64,000 nt of DNA from Octopus sinensis (Eukaryota). The notes below the pieces were generated by a model, which saw nothing but the letters and a program-made list of their open reading frames with translations, made no database searches and was not told the DNA's origin. The stretch lies in the NCBI RefSeq assembly GCF_006345805.1, contig NC_042999.1, positions 47,554,001-47,618,000 on the forward strand, read 5' to 3'. A program made the position numbers and the translations under genes. Below, piece after piece: positions 24,499 through 39,420 of the stretch; position 1 is the stretch's first letter; each line of letters starts with the position of its first letter.

Positions 24499-25580
24499 AT
24501 ATATATATATATATATAATATATAATATATATATATATATATATAATAATATATATATATATATATGTATGTAGGTATGTATGTATTATGTATGTATTGT
24601 ATGTATGTATGTATGTATGTATGCATGTATGTGATGCAAACCGGAACCATAAACCTGCAAATGGAGTATATGTATATTTTTATTAGTACGTAGCAGAAGC
24701 TACACATTGACTGGAGGTCTGCAAGGTTCATCTGTTGGTAGTTATCACCGATACTCTCAGACCTTGAGTCCCTGTCCTGTTTCTGTTAAATAAATATATA
24801 TATATAAAATTAGAAAAAAACACCTTTTATCAATTCAAAATGAATAATTAAATTACACCATCTAGAAAATTACATGTAATAGAAGTATGTATATATATAT
24901 AATTGCATCATGGAAGGTGTTTATAAGCCATTTAAGAAACTCACAAAATCCGTTAGATTTGCTTCATAATTTAAATTTCCTTTGTTAAAATATTTTCGTC
25001 GCTTAGAAACCGCGGTCTCAAAGCAACGAAAGTTCCAGCACACGATCTCAGGTCAGGTCACCTGCTATGCAAGTATATCTCCGTATATATATACATAGAT
25101 ATGCCTGTGTGTATGTCTGTATCTGTATATATGCGTAGATGGAAAGGTTGAGAGAGAGAGAGTGCGCGAGAGAGAGTGGGTTGTGATATTGCAAGAAGGG
25201 TTGACATATCATAGATGAGGACAAAGATACAACTATCAATGAATAAATGTATAAGGCAATTTCATTACAACCTTTTAGCCCGTAAGCAGCATAAAACTTA
25301 TTAAAAGTGATAGGATCATATAACCAATAAATTAAGAGACTAAAAGAAGGTTTAACGCATGTGCATGTGTGTGTTTGTTGGACTGTTTGTGTGTCTGTAT
25401 GCGTGTATGTTTTTTTCTGTGTGCTTATGTTTGTGTGTGCGAGTGTGAGCGCTTGCGTGCTGAGAAACGGGATCAAAAAGTAATTATAGCATAGATGTTA
25501 ACAATTAGGGGATGATGGCATACATGAGATATTTTTTGAATCATCCTGTATTCACGGAGAACGCATTATATATATATTAT

Positions 25581-25658
<78 letters not shown>

Positions 25659-25743
25659 TGTGTGTGTGTGTGTGTGTGCATGTATATATATATGCATGAT
25701 ACATATATGATGTATGATATCGATATATGTGTTCATATGTGAG

Positions 25744-25777
<34 letters not shown>

Positions 25778-26154
25778 ATTATATATATATATATAATGCA
25801 TGTATGTATATGTATATGTATATATTCGCGGAAAAGTGTATAGAATAAATCGACCTCACCGATGAATACATTAGGGAGCGTGGAAAAAAATTGAAATGTA
25901 TTGTCACATCGGAAAATACATAGAAATGTCTATACACATAATTCTGCATGCGAAGCAAGTGTATATATACTTGCGTTTGATTGCGCGATTGTGGATGTGA
26001 GTGCATCTGGAAAATCTCTAATAAGTATCACAGTTTCCAATATGTTCTTTTTTTCTTTTGTTTGTTTTATTGACACATCAGCAACATGATAATCATCAGA
26101 AATTTCCCCTCAAACCAACTACAATTACAGCAGAACGGTTACACCGGCTTAGAA

Positions 26155-26268
26155 TACAACCATCACCACCAACAGAAGTACCATCATCACTGTCTTCAGA
26201 GTCGTCGTCTTCGCCGCCATCATCATCAGCCTCAGCATTATTATCATCATCACCACCATCACCAAAAC

Positions 26269-26301
<33 letters not shown>

Positions 26302-26310
26302 AATCATCAG

Positions 26311-26357
<47 letters not shown>

Positions 26358-26393
26358 CCACCCAACCATCTTATTCATCATTATCACAACCAC

Positions 26394-26449
<56 letters not shown>

Positions 26450-26475
26450 ATCATCATCACCAGCGTCATCATCAC
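26155..26475. repeat. (CAT)n trinucleotide microsatellite
   Basis: Directly visible; source of the poly-His/Asp/Ser pseudo-ORFs. Confidence 0.95.
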
Positions 26476-26716
26476 AGTAATGTAAGCATTATTGTTTCCT
26501 CAGCTTCAATCCTCATTATCGTCTGATTCATCAATATTACCGGCAGTAGCAAAGCCATTAACATAAGGATCAGTATCTCAATTATGAGATTACAAAAATA
26601 TTCTACGCATACACATACACACACACAGACAAATGTGTCCATAAATGCATATAAGTGCGTATGTGTGTGTGGTATATTTCAACATAGACGTCATGTGTAT
26701 ATACTACACACACAAA

Positions 26717-26751
<35 letters not shown>

Positions 26752-26765
26752 CACACACACACACA

Positions 26766-26801
<36 letters not shown>

Positions 26802-28325
26802 ATATATATATATATATATATACATATATATATCTATATATGTAGATATATATAGATATATATATATGCGTATATATATATATATTTATATTCATATATA
26901 TATATATATATATATATTCGTATAAATATATATATATTCATGTATATATATATGCATATTTAATACATACTTATATATATATACACATACATATACACGC
27001 ACAAACATACATATGTATATAGTCTGATAAATATGGGGATGCGTCTGTAAGTGAAAAATTGAGAGTGTGTGTGTGTGAAAGAGAGTGAGAGAGAGAGTGA
27101 CAGAAAGAGTGCACGAGAGAGCGTGGTGGAAACCAGAGAAAATTATAGAGATTTTTTTTTTTTAATTCAAGATATTCCAAACACTTTTCATACATGACTC
27201 TCCACACGAGTACACACATACACACGCACACGCACACACACCGACATAGATATACATGTATATCACACATACACACTCATATGTATTTGCATGTATGTGT
27301 GTGCATGTATGTATATAAATATATGTATAGATGTGCATGTATGTGTGTGCATATAAGCATTTAAGTGTGTCTATATATATGATTGTACGGATAAATGTAT
27401 GTATTTTTGTTAACCAATCTTGAAATTACAATAGAATAGAAATTGCAATAAATTTTTCTTTGCTTTGCTTTTGCCTGTTTCAAATTAGAAGCAAATCGTT
27501 GAGCGAATATCATGCAGAGCTGATGTTGAAAAAGTAGTACATTTTTAACGCTTCTAGCCGATGTAATCTTAATATGCAATCACATTCCTAACGGCAATTA
27601 GCGATTGCTATAGACAGATATCAAAACATATTATCTCACTCATACTTTTCGTTTCATCTTTTATAGTTTAATATGATTATTCCTGCAGAGTCTCCTCTCC
27701 AATACGTCCTCTGTCTAATAAAAGATAAATCGTTGAAAGTAATAAAAAAAAAAATTTAATAATAAAAACAGCCCTGATACTGTTATTCGCCTATGAAGCT
27801 GGATTTTTAATATTTTTTTCTTCCATTGTTTTTGGTGGGTAGGGGCCTGTCTTCTTGTTTATTAATCGACATATAATGAGTACTGTTATGCAGCACTCAG
27901 TTTCCGGAAAGAAACAATTGTTATAAAATTATGATTTTTTCAATACAATAATAATTTTTTAAATTCTATCTTACATTTGCTTCAGTGAATGTTTCACAGG
28001 AGTGGTGCAGATAACTGTGAATATGTAATATAAATGTCTGCATTAAGAAATAGATTATTTATAGTCTAAATAAAATTTAAATAAAAAAGTATACCCGTGT
28101 GTTTTTTTATCCTGCATGTTATATCATATTGTGAAACATATTAATATATTTGCTTGGTGTTCGGTATGTATGTGTGTATACGTTCATAATACATACTTAC
28201 ATGCATATGTGTGTGTGTTTGTACGTGTGCATGTGTGTGTGTGCGTACAGTTGTACATATAAATTTACATGTATGTATTAATATATAATTTATGAAGATA
28301 TACATACATATGTATATCTGCATGC

Positions 28326-28357
<32 letters not shown>

Positions 28358-28391
28358 ATATGCATTTAGTTATCTATCTATATATCTATCC

Positions 28392-28458
<67 letters not shown>

Positions 28459-30614
28459 CATAATTTTGGGTTACAAAAGTAATTGTGTTCATTACACATA
28501 GCTATTAGATGTAAGCACAGTCAGATATACTTTTGTTATCAGTAGGTTAAGCGAGGTTAATTGTGAGCACGAACGACTCGTTCAACGTCTGGCATGGATT
28601 TTTAAAGATATCCTGACATCAAATCTGTATATATATAAATCCTCTTTAAATCATCGTTTTCTTTCGAAATCCGCTCTTACATTATGCATGCATTTCAGGG
28701 CGTATGAAATACAAACAATTAATAATAAACCACGAATATCTGAAAGAACATTTTGGGCAATTCAAATATTAAGTGTAGTATTTATATTTGCTCACAATGT
28801 TAAATGCCATAATCCAGTGTTGCATTTAACTAGGGAAACCCTTTCTATATGAAACATGCTAAAACTGCAAACCATCAACTGGATAGCATGATACATGTCT
28901 GTTCATGAATAACTAATGTACGCATTTAATCGATTCTCGTCGTGTTTTCCACTCAAATATCTATGTATATGCCTCTTTAAATATGTATGTATGCATATAT
29001 GCATGCATGTTCGTAAAAAATATATGCGTAGTTACCCGCGTAAATTTCCGTAGATAGTATGAATTAACACTGTCTGTCATTTCAGATTTGTTCCACTTGT
29101 AAATTTATAACACATCTTTCTGTTCCTCTTTAAAATATAATCATGACGTACATGCTAATGTGTTACGTTAAGAGATCTAACGATGTGTTTTCCTTATAAT
29201 AAATTAATGATTTGTTGCAGAGAGATTTTCCAGATGAATCTGCATGGGAATTCTATCGGGCAGAGATTGCTTAATTGGCTTTCGAGGTCTGGACATTTAA
29301 CTGAAATGCACGCAACATAAATAAAATTAATGGAGAAGATTTAATTGTTCATTTATGAGTTTACCATCTTTCCTTTCTGGAATAGACAGTATAAGAAAGA
29401 ATAGCCTTCACAAATTATTCACGCTGAAATACAAGATGAATTGTTCAGTATAATCTTCCACAAGATAGGAGCAACTAGTATAGGGAGTATATGGGATCAT
29501 TAGGTCCGATCGCTTATCCCAAATTTTATACGATGCCTCGGTGGAGAAAATTGGTCAACATACTAACAAAACCCAAAGGACAACTATACCTACATCGGAA
29601 TGCGATACATACGTTTTATCTTCAAGGTACACAGATTTGAGTATTAATTGAAGTCTTGTGTTAGTTTAGGCGTTGAAACGTAATAAAAATATATTCAGAT
29701 GGATGAGAAATGCACGTTCTGATAATAAATCTCGTCATTAGAGTTCAGGTCAAATTAATGTTTAATTATCTATTTTGAGTTCCATTCATGAGCAGATGCT
29801 GGTGATTAATTGTCCGCTCATAAGTAGTTTCTCAAATCACATAACACATCAGGAGTACCTCATTTCTGCATTCTTTGTTTAATAAGATAATGAATGAATG
29901 TAGAGAAATAAAATTAATTTTACGTCGAGAAATGTTTACAAAATCTTGAACACCGCAGGACTTTCACGGATTCACATTGATATACATGTGCATATGAACA
30001 GACACACAGAAACACACACACACATAAACACGCACACACACATGCACACACACACAGACTACACACGAATCCATACACACATAAGGGTAAATACATACAC
30101 ATAAGAATATGGTTATCTAGAAACATTTAATCCCTCTTCCTATATATATAAATATGTGTATCTATCTATCTATCTATATATGTATGTATGTATATATGTA
30201 TGTATATCTATATCTATATCTATATCTATATATGTATATATATATATATATATATATAGTTCAAATCTACGGAAAAACAAAAGAAGGACGAAGATAGGTG
30301 TAAGAACAACAAGTAGGTGTGTAATAGCTTTGACGCACGGGAAAAGTGGAAAGTTTTGTTCCTAGCCTACGTTTTTCCACACAAAGGAATAAGTAGGAAG
30401 AAATGGAGAAAGATTGAAAAAAAAGAGGCGTTTGTGTGTATATATTGTCTCTGTTCCAATATCGTGTGCGTGCGTAGGTGTGGGAGTACAAATCATTTGT
30501 GTTCAGGTATTACGTGCTTGTGTGTGTTTGGAAACGTGCAAGATGGTGTGTAGTGTGTGTCTGTGACAAACAGAGCGTCTGTGTCCTTCTTATTGACTCC
30601 AATTTCTTAGAGAA

Positions 30615-30656
<42 letters not shown>

Positions 30657-30696
30657 TATATTTATATATATAAACATACATACATATATATATACA

Positions 30697-30766
<70 letters not shown>

Positions 30767-32654
30767 CATATATATTTACATATATATAATTAAATGCAGA
30801 AACGGACAGAAACAAGGAAAATGCCACTTGTATTTGAACACTATGCAAATATTCTTTAAAAAATATTTCTTTTAATTTATCCAAAATTTAATCTTATTTC
30901 TATATTTACAGATGAAAAAAGTCTCAATGACTGACACCGGTACTGAAATATTTTTTCTAAAATTATTTTAACATCTTCTACCTTGACGTTTTTTCCATAT
31001 ATATATATATATTATATATGCACATATGTATATATCCACACATATGTATGGATATATGTGTCTATTTATACACACACACACACATGTATATATACATATA
31101 TGGATATACATGTATGTGTTATGGGTATTCTTTTAATGAGTCTTTTTCAAGTATATTCTTAGCTTAATGTTTGAATGTAAAAACACTCTGCCTACATTCA
31201 AACGGCTGCTCCTGCTAAATATTAGTAAATATGTATATATATATGTATATCATTCGGTACCTACGTCTCAGCTTTTGAGCAATGCGTAATAGGACATAGA
31301 TCCATTATATAAATCTTCCTTAGTTATGACATTCCAAAATATTAGCAACATTTACGTAATGCATTTTCTATTACATATTCTTCTAACAAACATTTGGAGT
31401 AGGTAGTTATATTTTAGTCGAGTCAAACATTCTGGTACTCTGCACTGCTTCTAAGAGTGACGCAAAATACATATATGCATAAATACAATGCGTACATTGA
31501 TACATACATGCATACATTTATATATATATACATATACATATATATAAATACATTTATTACACCCAGTAGTGTAATTTCCACGCAATAACCAAAACTTCTG
31601 TATTAATTGGGTATTGTACCAGCAGTATATTGGATAGATACTATGCATTGGTTGGATTCACAACCTCTAACACTCTTTGAATTATATATGCTTATATATA
31701 TCATATAAATATATACATGGAATCCTGACAATCACTTAATACAGTGAAGTGTAAAGTGATTTTTGAAAAAGAATGTCATCAATTCTCTCATGAGGTTGTT
31801 ACTAAACTGTTTCAGGAAGAAAAAGTTTCTAGTGTGTGAGCGCTTTCAATTAACCTTTCAATATGTGTATGCATGTCTGTGTGTGTGAGTGACTGTGTAT
31901 GTTCATATATTATATGTATAATATATAACATCATACGCGTAGATTTATAATAGAAAACTACAACAATAGGAACACTGGGCATGTAGGTCGCTACATGCAA
32001 CACTCTACAACCTATATTAAACCATATAAACAAAATTTATTAATGGACGCGTTCAGCTCTTGGCTTGCCTTGTTTTTGAAAGAGAAATTGATTTTATATT
32101 ACGAGAATCCAGACATATAAATGTTGAATAGTGATTTATTCGCGTTACATAAAATGATGTCCTACTATAATTACATTGAAGCGCAATAGCTCCGATTTTC
32201 TATTATGCTTACTGACTTCAAAAAAAGATTCCCCGACACAAAGGAATACTTAGACATAAATATATACAATTCATATTTACAAGAATAATTTGATAGATTA
32301 TTTATCTGTGTTATCCGCTTGAGAAATAAATTAATCCCCAGGAGACTGGCTTTTCGTAATAAGTGAAATCTGTCAGTAAGAGCCATGTTTAGGTTCCTTT
32401 TCAATTTGGCGATCTACGTATAATAGTGTTGCGTAATACTTTTTATTGAATGTTCAAGAGGTCGTTAGGCAAACTTATAGCAATTTATGTACATAAATAT
32501 GCATCTTATATATGAAATGTAAGTATGTATATTAGTATATATGCATGCATGTATATATGTTTGTATGTAAGTATGTATGTGGGGATGCATGCATGTATAT
32601 TTGTATCTATGTATATAGGTATATAATATCTATGTATACAACTGTCTGTGTGTG

Positions 32655-32714
<60 letters not shown>

Positions 32715-34930
32715 TTCACAATTCAGTCAATATAATATTTTTTAATAATAAATGTAATGTATATATATTTTTTAATATTCTGCAGTAATTCGAGGAAAAA
32801 TAATGTTATCGTATTATGCTATAATGTAACCGGAGCCACTCTGATACCAACATTATATACAACTTTTTGTATATCCTCCATAAGTAATGTTGAAACGGAT
32901 GTTTACAGATATAATGGTAAAAATAGAATATAGACTACATAACTGTAAGTTGATGTGAATAATATGCCTACTCGTATACAAAATTAATTCCGATAAACGG
33001 AGGAAAAATTTTTTTTCCGTAAGTGCAATAGAATTAATATAAAACAGGATTTCAACTTCCAGCTTTTGCTTTATTCTGAACAATAAATAATAAATTCGAT
33101 ATTCGGAAATCTTTTACTGGTTAAAAAATTATTGAAAAGAAAGTCGCCAGGAACTCCGGGAATAAAATTCTAATCAATCTACCACCAAGAATGATTTAAT
33201 GATATGTGAGTAAAGGAATAATAAAGTGTTGAGCACTTTTATTGTGACGTTTATTTACATCTTTACTGGATTTGTTGTTTCTTAAAGATGTCCATTTATC
33301 GATAGCATGCTTTTATAGAATGAATAATTAAAACAGTATGAATTAAAGTATTTCATCTTGTGCATAAACATATCCTTAATATATTCCGTATATTTTGGTT
33401 ATTCTCAATTTTTAACAGAATTACGCTTTATTGAATTAGACTTTCGAATGATAGGAAGGGAAATCAAATTCACGAAAACCAAGGCAGAATTTGTGACGTT
33501 TCTTTAAAACCTAAATGTATGTGCCGAGCGTTTTTATTTATACGTGATACCATTCAATTAGTGAATCATGTGCAATCGATTACACCCCAACATAAATTGA
33601 AGGTCGCATTCACATATAGGCGAAAATATATTAATCCTTTACAATTAAAAAGAACAAGACTCATTCGACATACATTCATAATATGAATTTAAATTGAGTC
33701 GATGAAATATTTTATCGTATTTATATATTCATATCGCAGAGGGTTCTAAATTACAACATTTAACTTAATTTTCATCAATTGGAAAATAACAATATATAAT
33801 TATTTCAGTAATTATAACACTTTCAATAGAGATACATAGAATTAGGGAATGTTATATTCGAATCTAAGTGGGAATTCTTTTAATTTTCATAATAAAGAAA
33901 AATCAGTGACCATATGAATGTATGATATGGAAATCGACGAACAGAATTTTACATTAATACTTGATTTAGATGTAGAATATTTTCACCATAAACAATAAGG
34001 GTGTACAGCTCGTAATCATATTTCAATTCGTTGGTTATATTTGATACAATTATAAGATACCATCAACGCTATGTAATTGGTTCCGCAGTAATATGGACTT
34101 TTGAGGAAATCATAAGCAAAACTCTTTCGTGGTTTCTTTTGTAGAACCATCTGATGTAGAGAAATAATGTCTGTATTCTTTTGTACTCTTGGTAATTTCG
34201 GCAGATGTTTCTCTGCCGACACTAGTAAAAATAATGCGAATTATTTACTATGAAAGGTCTTGTCAACTGATGTTGAAATATGTCTTACCAAAGTAGGACA
34301 TTTTTGAATATCAACGGCGTGCCGATCATAAATAATTATGAAGAGAAGGTTCTTTGGCTTTTTATATATATCTCTTAAGCTTATTCCACATTACGTCCTT
34401 TATATGCTACAGAAGCACAGCAGAATATACGATGAAGTATTCATAAAATCATGCACACACAACAAAACATACACGCACGGAAATAAAACTCATTTGACAC
34501 ATGGAAGTATTTTATGTCGAAAGGATGAAAATGTTGGAAATAGTTATCTGAATAATCTCGGCCTTCGCTAACATATAAGGTGATAGTCAACTAATTAATC
34601 TCATTCATTGCTTTATATCTATTTTCGAAATACTCTGAGTTCTGTGTATCAAGCTAATATCGTCAATTTTGTTAGTTATAAAACTTTATATTCATTTTTC
34701 AAGAATAGCAGAAATTATTGGTCACGTAATGCAATAGATGTTCTTCCTGTGTTAGAATATGCCACAACATCTGACAAAAAGAATAATCGAGGAGGTAAGA
34801 ATTGTATGAGTATTGAGAAATAGGATATCTTTGTAACTGACGCACAACTAAGTCAACGAATATTTTCTCTAACTTTAATTCAAAGAGTATACATTGTCAA
34901 GGACTTTGTAACCAAAATATACATACAGCA

Positions 34931-35350
34931 GGCGCAGCTATGGCTGTGTGGTAACAAGCTTGCTTCTCGACCACACAATTTGGGATTCAGTCCGATTACA
35001 TGGTGCTTTAGGCAGGTATCTTCTACTATAGCCTCGCGTCGACCAAAGACTTGTGAGTAGATTTGGTAGACGGAAACTGAAAGATGCTCGTCGTACATAT
35101 GTATATATATATACATATATAGCTATGTGTGTGTGTACGTTTCTTTGTGTCTCTGTTTGTCCCTCCACCACAGCTTGACAACCGGTGCTACTCTATTTAC
35201 GTCTCTGTAACTTAATGGTTTGGTAAAAGAGACCGATGAAATAAGTACCAGTCTTTAAAAAAAATGCCCATAGTTCGATACGTTCGACTAAAAATACTTC
35301 ATGTCGATGCCCCAGCATGGCTTCAGTCTAATGACTGATACAAAAGTAAG
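34931..35350 (+). mobile_element. SINE family A, diverged
   Basis: Collinear with 8366-8779. Confidence 0.9.
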
Positions 35351-35397
35351 AAATCATAGATAAGTCTGTTTAAAGTGACAGCGTTATTGGAGTTCAT

Positions 35398-35814
35398 TCC
35401 TATTTCTTCACTGCCCACAAGGGGCTACACACAGAGAAGACCACCAAGGACCGACAAACGGAGTAAGTCGATTATATCGACCCCAGTGTGTAATTGGTAC
35501 TTATTTAATCGATCCCGAAAGGATGAAAGGCAAAGTCGATCTCGGCGGAGTGTGAACTCAGAACAAAACGGCAGACGAAATACCTATTTTTTACTATCCA
35601 CAAGGGGCTAAACACAGAGAAGACAAACAAGGACAGACAAACGGATTAAGTCGATTGTATCGACCCCAGTGTGTGACTGGTATTTAATTTAATTGACCCC
35701 GAAAGGATGAAAGGAAAAGTCACCCCGGCGGAATTTGAACTCAGAACGCAGCGGCAGATGAAATACCGCTAAACATTTCGCCAGGCGTGCTAATGTTTCT
35801 GCCAGCTCTGCGCC
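35398..35814 (-). mobile_element. tRNA-headed SINE family B with duplicated 3' half
   Basis: Head ggcgcagagctggcagaaac..gagttcaaattcc. Body cctttcatcctttcggg..aagtaccag resembles the Meta-SINE core as recalled, not verified. Tail is present twice. Confidence 0.85.
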
Positions 35815-36719
35815 TTATATTCGAGTTTATTCCTGCATTTCTCTAGTGCATTTAGCCATTTCATTGGACAGACATTTTTCTATTCCATAACAAATTTGAA
35901 ACACCATGTACACCAGAAAAAGCTCTTAAAATTGCTGAGATCGATACAAGTTACTTAACGTACAGTTATGTTTTTAGCAGCCAATCACAGTTCACATTGA
36001 CCAAGTAAATACATTCAGCTTAACGTACCTTCCTTTTCGAAGGATTTTCTCCACTATGGTATTTAGATGTTATCTTCTGAAGAGTTCTTGGTATGCAAAA
36101 TCGAACGGTCACCAACACCATGATTTCTTGGTAAACGTTTGGAATGGCAGTTTCTATTATTCACACAATATGTCTATTACTGTTCAATTGTAGCAGTTCA
36201 ATACAAAGTCTTCTTAGTTTCAATTAAAAATGGAATCTCATGCTTTTTCTCATGCTATCGTTCATTAACGTATACACAAATATTCAGGATCAATATCGTG
36301 TTATGCACATATGTGTAACTGATTCTATTATTAAAGTTATCATTGTTGTTATTGTTGGTTATCAAAAATATCTATTAGGTCAATGCAGTACAGTAATTGC
36401 ATAATAACAGGGGTCAATATAAAACCAGTACTAAACCCAAAAAAAAATAATAACCGCAATCAATATAATCTTTATGCATATTAATGTAATTGCAAGTAAA
36501 TCACGAAGATAAACAGATATAATAGATATTTCAAATAACAATGCACACCCCATATTTTCAGCAGACGAAAGTTCCTTCCATTATTATTATTTAAAGAATA
36601 CCATGTTCCGTCTGAATTTGGTAACATAACAAAGCAATTTTAGCTGGAGTACAAAATATCAATATCACCAACGTCATCAATATTAACATCGTGGTAGTCA
36701 TCGTAGTCGTCTTCGTATT

Positions 36720-36747
36720 CGTCATCATCATCATCATCAGTATTTTC

Positions 36748-36785
<38 letters not shown>

Positions 36786-36874
36786 GTTATTATTATTATT
36801 ATTAGTAGTAGTAGTAGTAGTACTAGTTGTAGTAGTAGTAGTAGAAGTAGTAGTACTAGTAGTACTAGTTGTAC

Positions 36875-36907
<33 letters not shown>

Positions 36908-36911
36908 CAGC

Positions 36912-36949
<38 letters not shown>

Positions 36950-37005
36950 AAGCAGAAGCAGCAGTAGCAGCAGCAACAGTAGCAGTTGTAGTAGTAGTAG
37001 TAGGA
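36720..37005. repeat. (TTA)n-(TAG)n-(CAG)n compound microsatellite
   Basis: Directly visible. Confidence 0.95.
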
Positions 37006-37517
37006 GTATCGTACGTATTTCAAAATTAGGTTATTTTCCTGTCGGTATGTATGCTTGTATTTGAATCTTTGCACTATTTACTGCTTTCTTCATTCGTGCG
37101 CATCGAACATTATTGTGCAATTGGATGAATTGAATTTCTGGTGAGAAGAGAATAAAACTCTAATAGGCAAATTAATCTCAAATTGAAAAGAATACTGAAA
37201 TGATTTATCTCAAGAGAGACACTAACAGACTGGGTGACTGAGAGTAAAAGGAGAGAAACAAAGAGATGATTTATAAGAAAAAGAGGCGCTCGATTCAATT
37301 TATAATGTTCGATTTTAAATAAATGATAAAGTTAAAGAGTCATACAGCATTCATTCCTTGCGTTATTATAATGCCCGCTTCCATTCGTATAAATAACATT
37401 GATACTGATACAAAATGAATTGAATCTATATTTAGAGAACGAATTCATGGTAGTTAAATAAATGTGGCTAAACTCCCGAAAGGGTAATAAAGATAGGGAA
37501 TATTTTGTAGAAGTATG

Positions 37518-37907
37518 GGATCTTTTCGGTTTGAACAGCAGTTTTTTCTAGCGGTGTCATATGAAATTGTCACCCCTAATTATGATCCTAGAATCGATCT
37601 ATTGCATTTCAATCTCTTTTAGGGTTAGAGTTAGGGTTAGGGGTGGGGGGAGGGTATCATTTTTTCTTAAACGAGGGACATATTCATACGGCACAGAATG
37701 TTGTTTACCTCAATGGACATCAGTGTTTGGTTGAAATTGCAGAAATTGAAGAAAAAAACAACAAATATCTTACAAACTATAGAATTTTCTCAATAAAGCT
37801 AAGAGACAAAGATGTTTTATAAACACATTCTACCAGTATACGAAGTTTAAAATATTTTAGTTACCTAGAAATTATGTTAAAAACTGCCGTTCAAACCGAA
37901 AAGATCC
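37518..37907. mobile_element. 390-bp MITE with ~29-bp TIRs and 8-bp TSD (hAT/Merlin-like)
   Basis: ggatcttttcggtttgaacagcagttttt / aaaaactgccgttcaaaccgaaaagatcc; TSD GAAGTATG at 37510-37517 and 37908-37915. Confidence 0.92.
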
Positions 37908-38499
37908 GAAGTATGTAGCCAATTATATGAATATAAGATATACTTGTCGTCATTTGAAATATGCTTGCGGCATATTCGAACCTGTAAGATAGTAATTTAT
38001 TGCATTTTGTCATGAAAGAAATTACTCGCAGTATTATAGCCTGCTGTAAACACACCATATCACTAAAAATGCTTCTATCTTAAGGCATTCCGTTGCAGCT
38101 AACACTCCCAAGGTCTGATACAAACGAGGAGATAACTAATCCGAAATGCATGCATCCAGCAGTCTCACTAGGGCTCGTTGCAAACTGTCTTGGTGTGTTT
38201 ATAGTGAGAATTTTTTTACGACAAAATACAGTAAAAGGCTTTATTACAGGCTCGAATAGGCGCCGAGCTTATCTGAAATGGTAACAACTTTATGTCTATT
38301 AACATTAGTGCTTAGCGCTGCTATTCTGTATAGAAATCTAATTTTGTCTTAATTAATTAAACATTTTCTAAAGGTAGCATTCCTACGGAGAATCATATTT
38401 ATAATTCTCTTTAGGTGATTTATCATCGCATGTCAATAGAGTATGTTTTGTTTAAATTAATTATTACGTTTTTGTTCCTGCATTCCAGCCTATTATAGT

Positions 38500-39420
38500 T
38501 CTTTACACATTGAGTTCAAAATCAGCCGACGTCACCTTTGTATTTTATCATGCGGCGATCGCTACAATAAAGTACTGATAAAAAGCTAGTTCTAGGGTAT
38601 TACTTGCTCCCCCTTAAAATGTCTGGCCTTATTTCTAAAGAAAAAGAAATATATATGTAAATAAAGCGGTCAGCGGGCTAAAACCATGAACGTATCGGAA
38701 ACAATGCTTCGTGTTATAAATTCCTGGGTTTTATTTTCTGTAGTTCAAATTCCACCGCGTTCAACATTCTATTTTATCTTCAGGAAAAACATGAATTTGA
38801 TTGATCCCTATTTCCTTGAGTAAGATACTTGTTGTAATTTTTCTTTTGTCTTTTCTAAAATGCACCATTCACAGGCTTGTTTATCAATTAAATTCAAATT
38901 TCATTATTATAATTGTAGAACCATTCAAACAAAAGTTTTAATAATATTGATAAGTATCCTTTCTACAATAAATTATTACTCAAACTTTTGCGATGGATTT
39001 TATCGACTGATTCATTTCCATTAAACTCGTTGGCCACGGTCCAAAATTCAAAAGCATTGTTTTGTTTTTAGTAGTTTGTATTATTGCTTCTGCGTTGACG
39101 TTATTGCTTCCCATATCGTCTAGAAGTTTTGTCGGAGTGGTAATTAGATTAAATCGACTGTAATATTCAGACTTTATCTTACCAACCCCAGAAAGATGAA
39201 AAGCAAATTTGACATCGTTGAGTTTAAACTCAAAATTTGGAAAGCTGCAGCAAATCCCGAAAGCTATTTTTGTCTGATGTTTAAAAAGGCATTGTTATAC
39301 ACTTACGGCTCTTTAAATTCCGAGTTCTAATTAAGTCAAGTTCAACTATGCTTTTTATCTCGCAGAGGTCGTTAAAATAAAGTACCAATCGAGAGATGAG
39401 ATCGATGGTATGCAATTGTT
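38500..39420. mobile_element. Cluster of very old SINE family B-like fragments
   Basis: Repeated degenerate gagttcaaa..gccga.gtc..ctttg..tttatc and aataaagtac motifs at ~38510, ~38740, ~39190(-) and ~39320. Confidence 0.5.

Noticed and set aside
26058-26526. Poly-His, poly-Asp and poly-Ser ORFs
   Set aside because: (CAT)n repeat that is open in several frames; no flanking domain or splice evidence.
29210-29320. Possible exon after ttgttgcag
   Set aside because: No recognisable peptide, weak donor and no partner exons; a small host exon cannot be excluded.
30260-30615. TA-flanked segment resembling a PLE tail on the minus strand (likewise 51126-51208)
   Set aside because: Too decayed: no intact core, inversion or coding motif can be shown.
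36691-37074. Hydrophobic poly-Leu/Val ORF resembling a membrane protein
   Set aside because: (TTA)n(TAG)n microsatellite.
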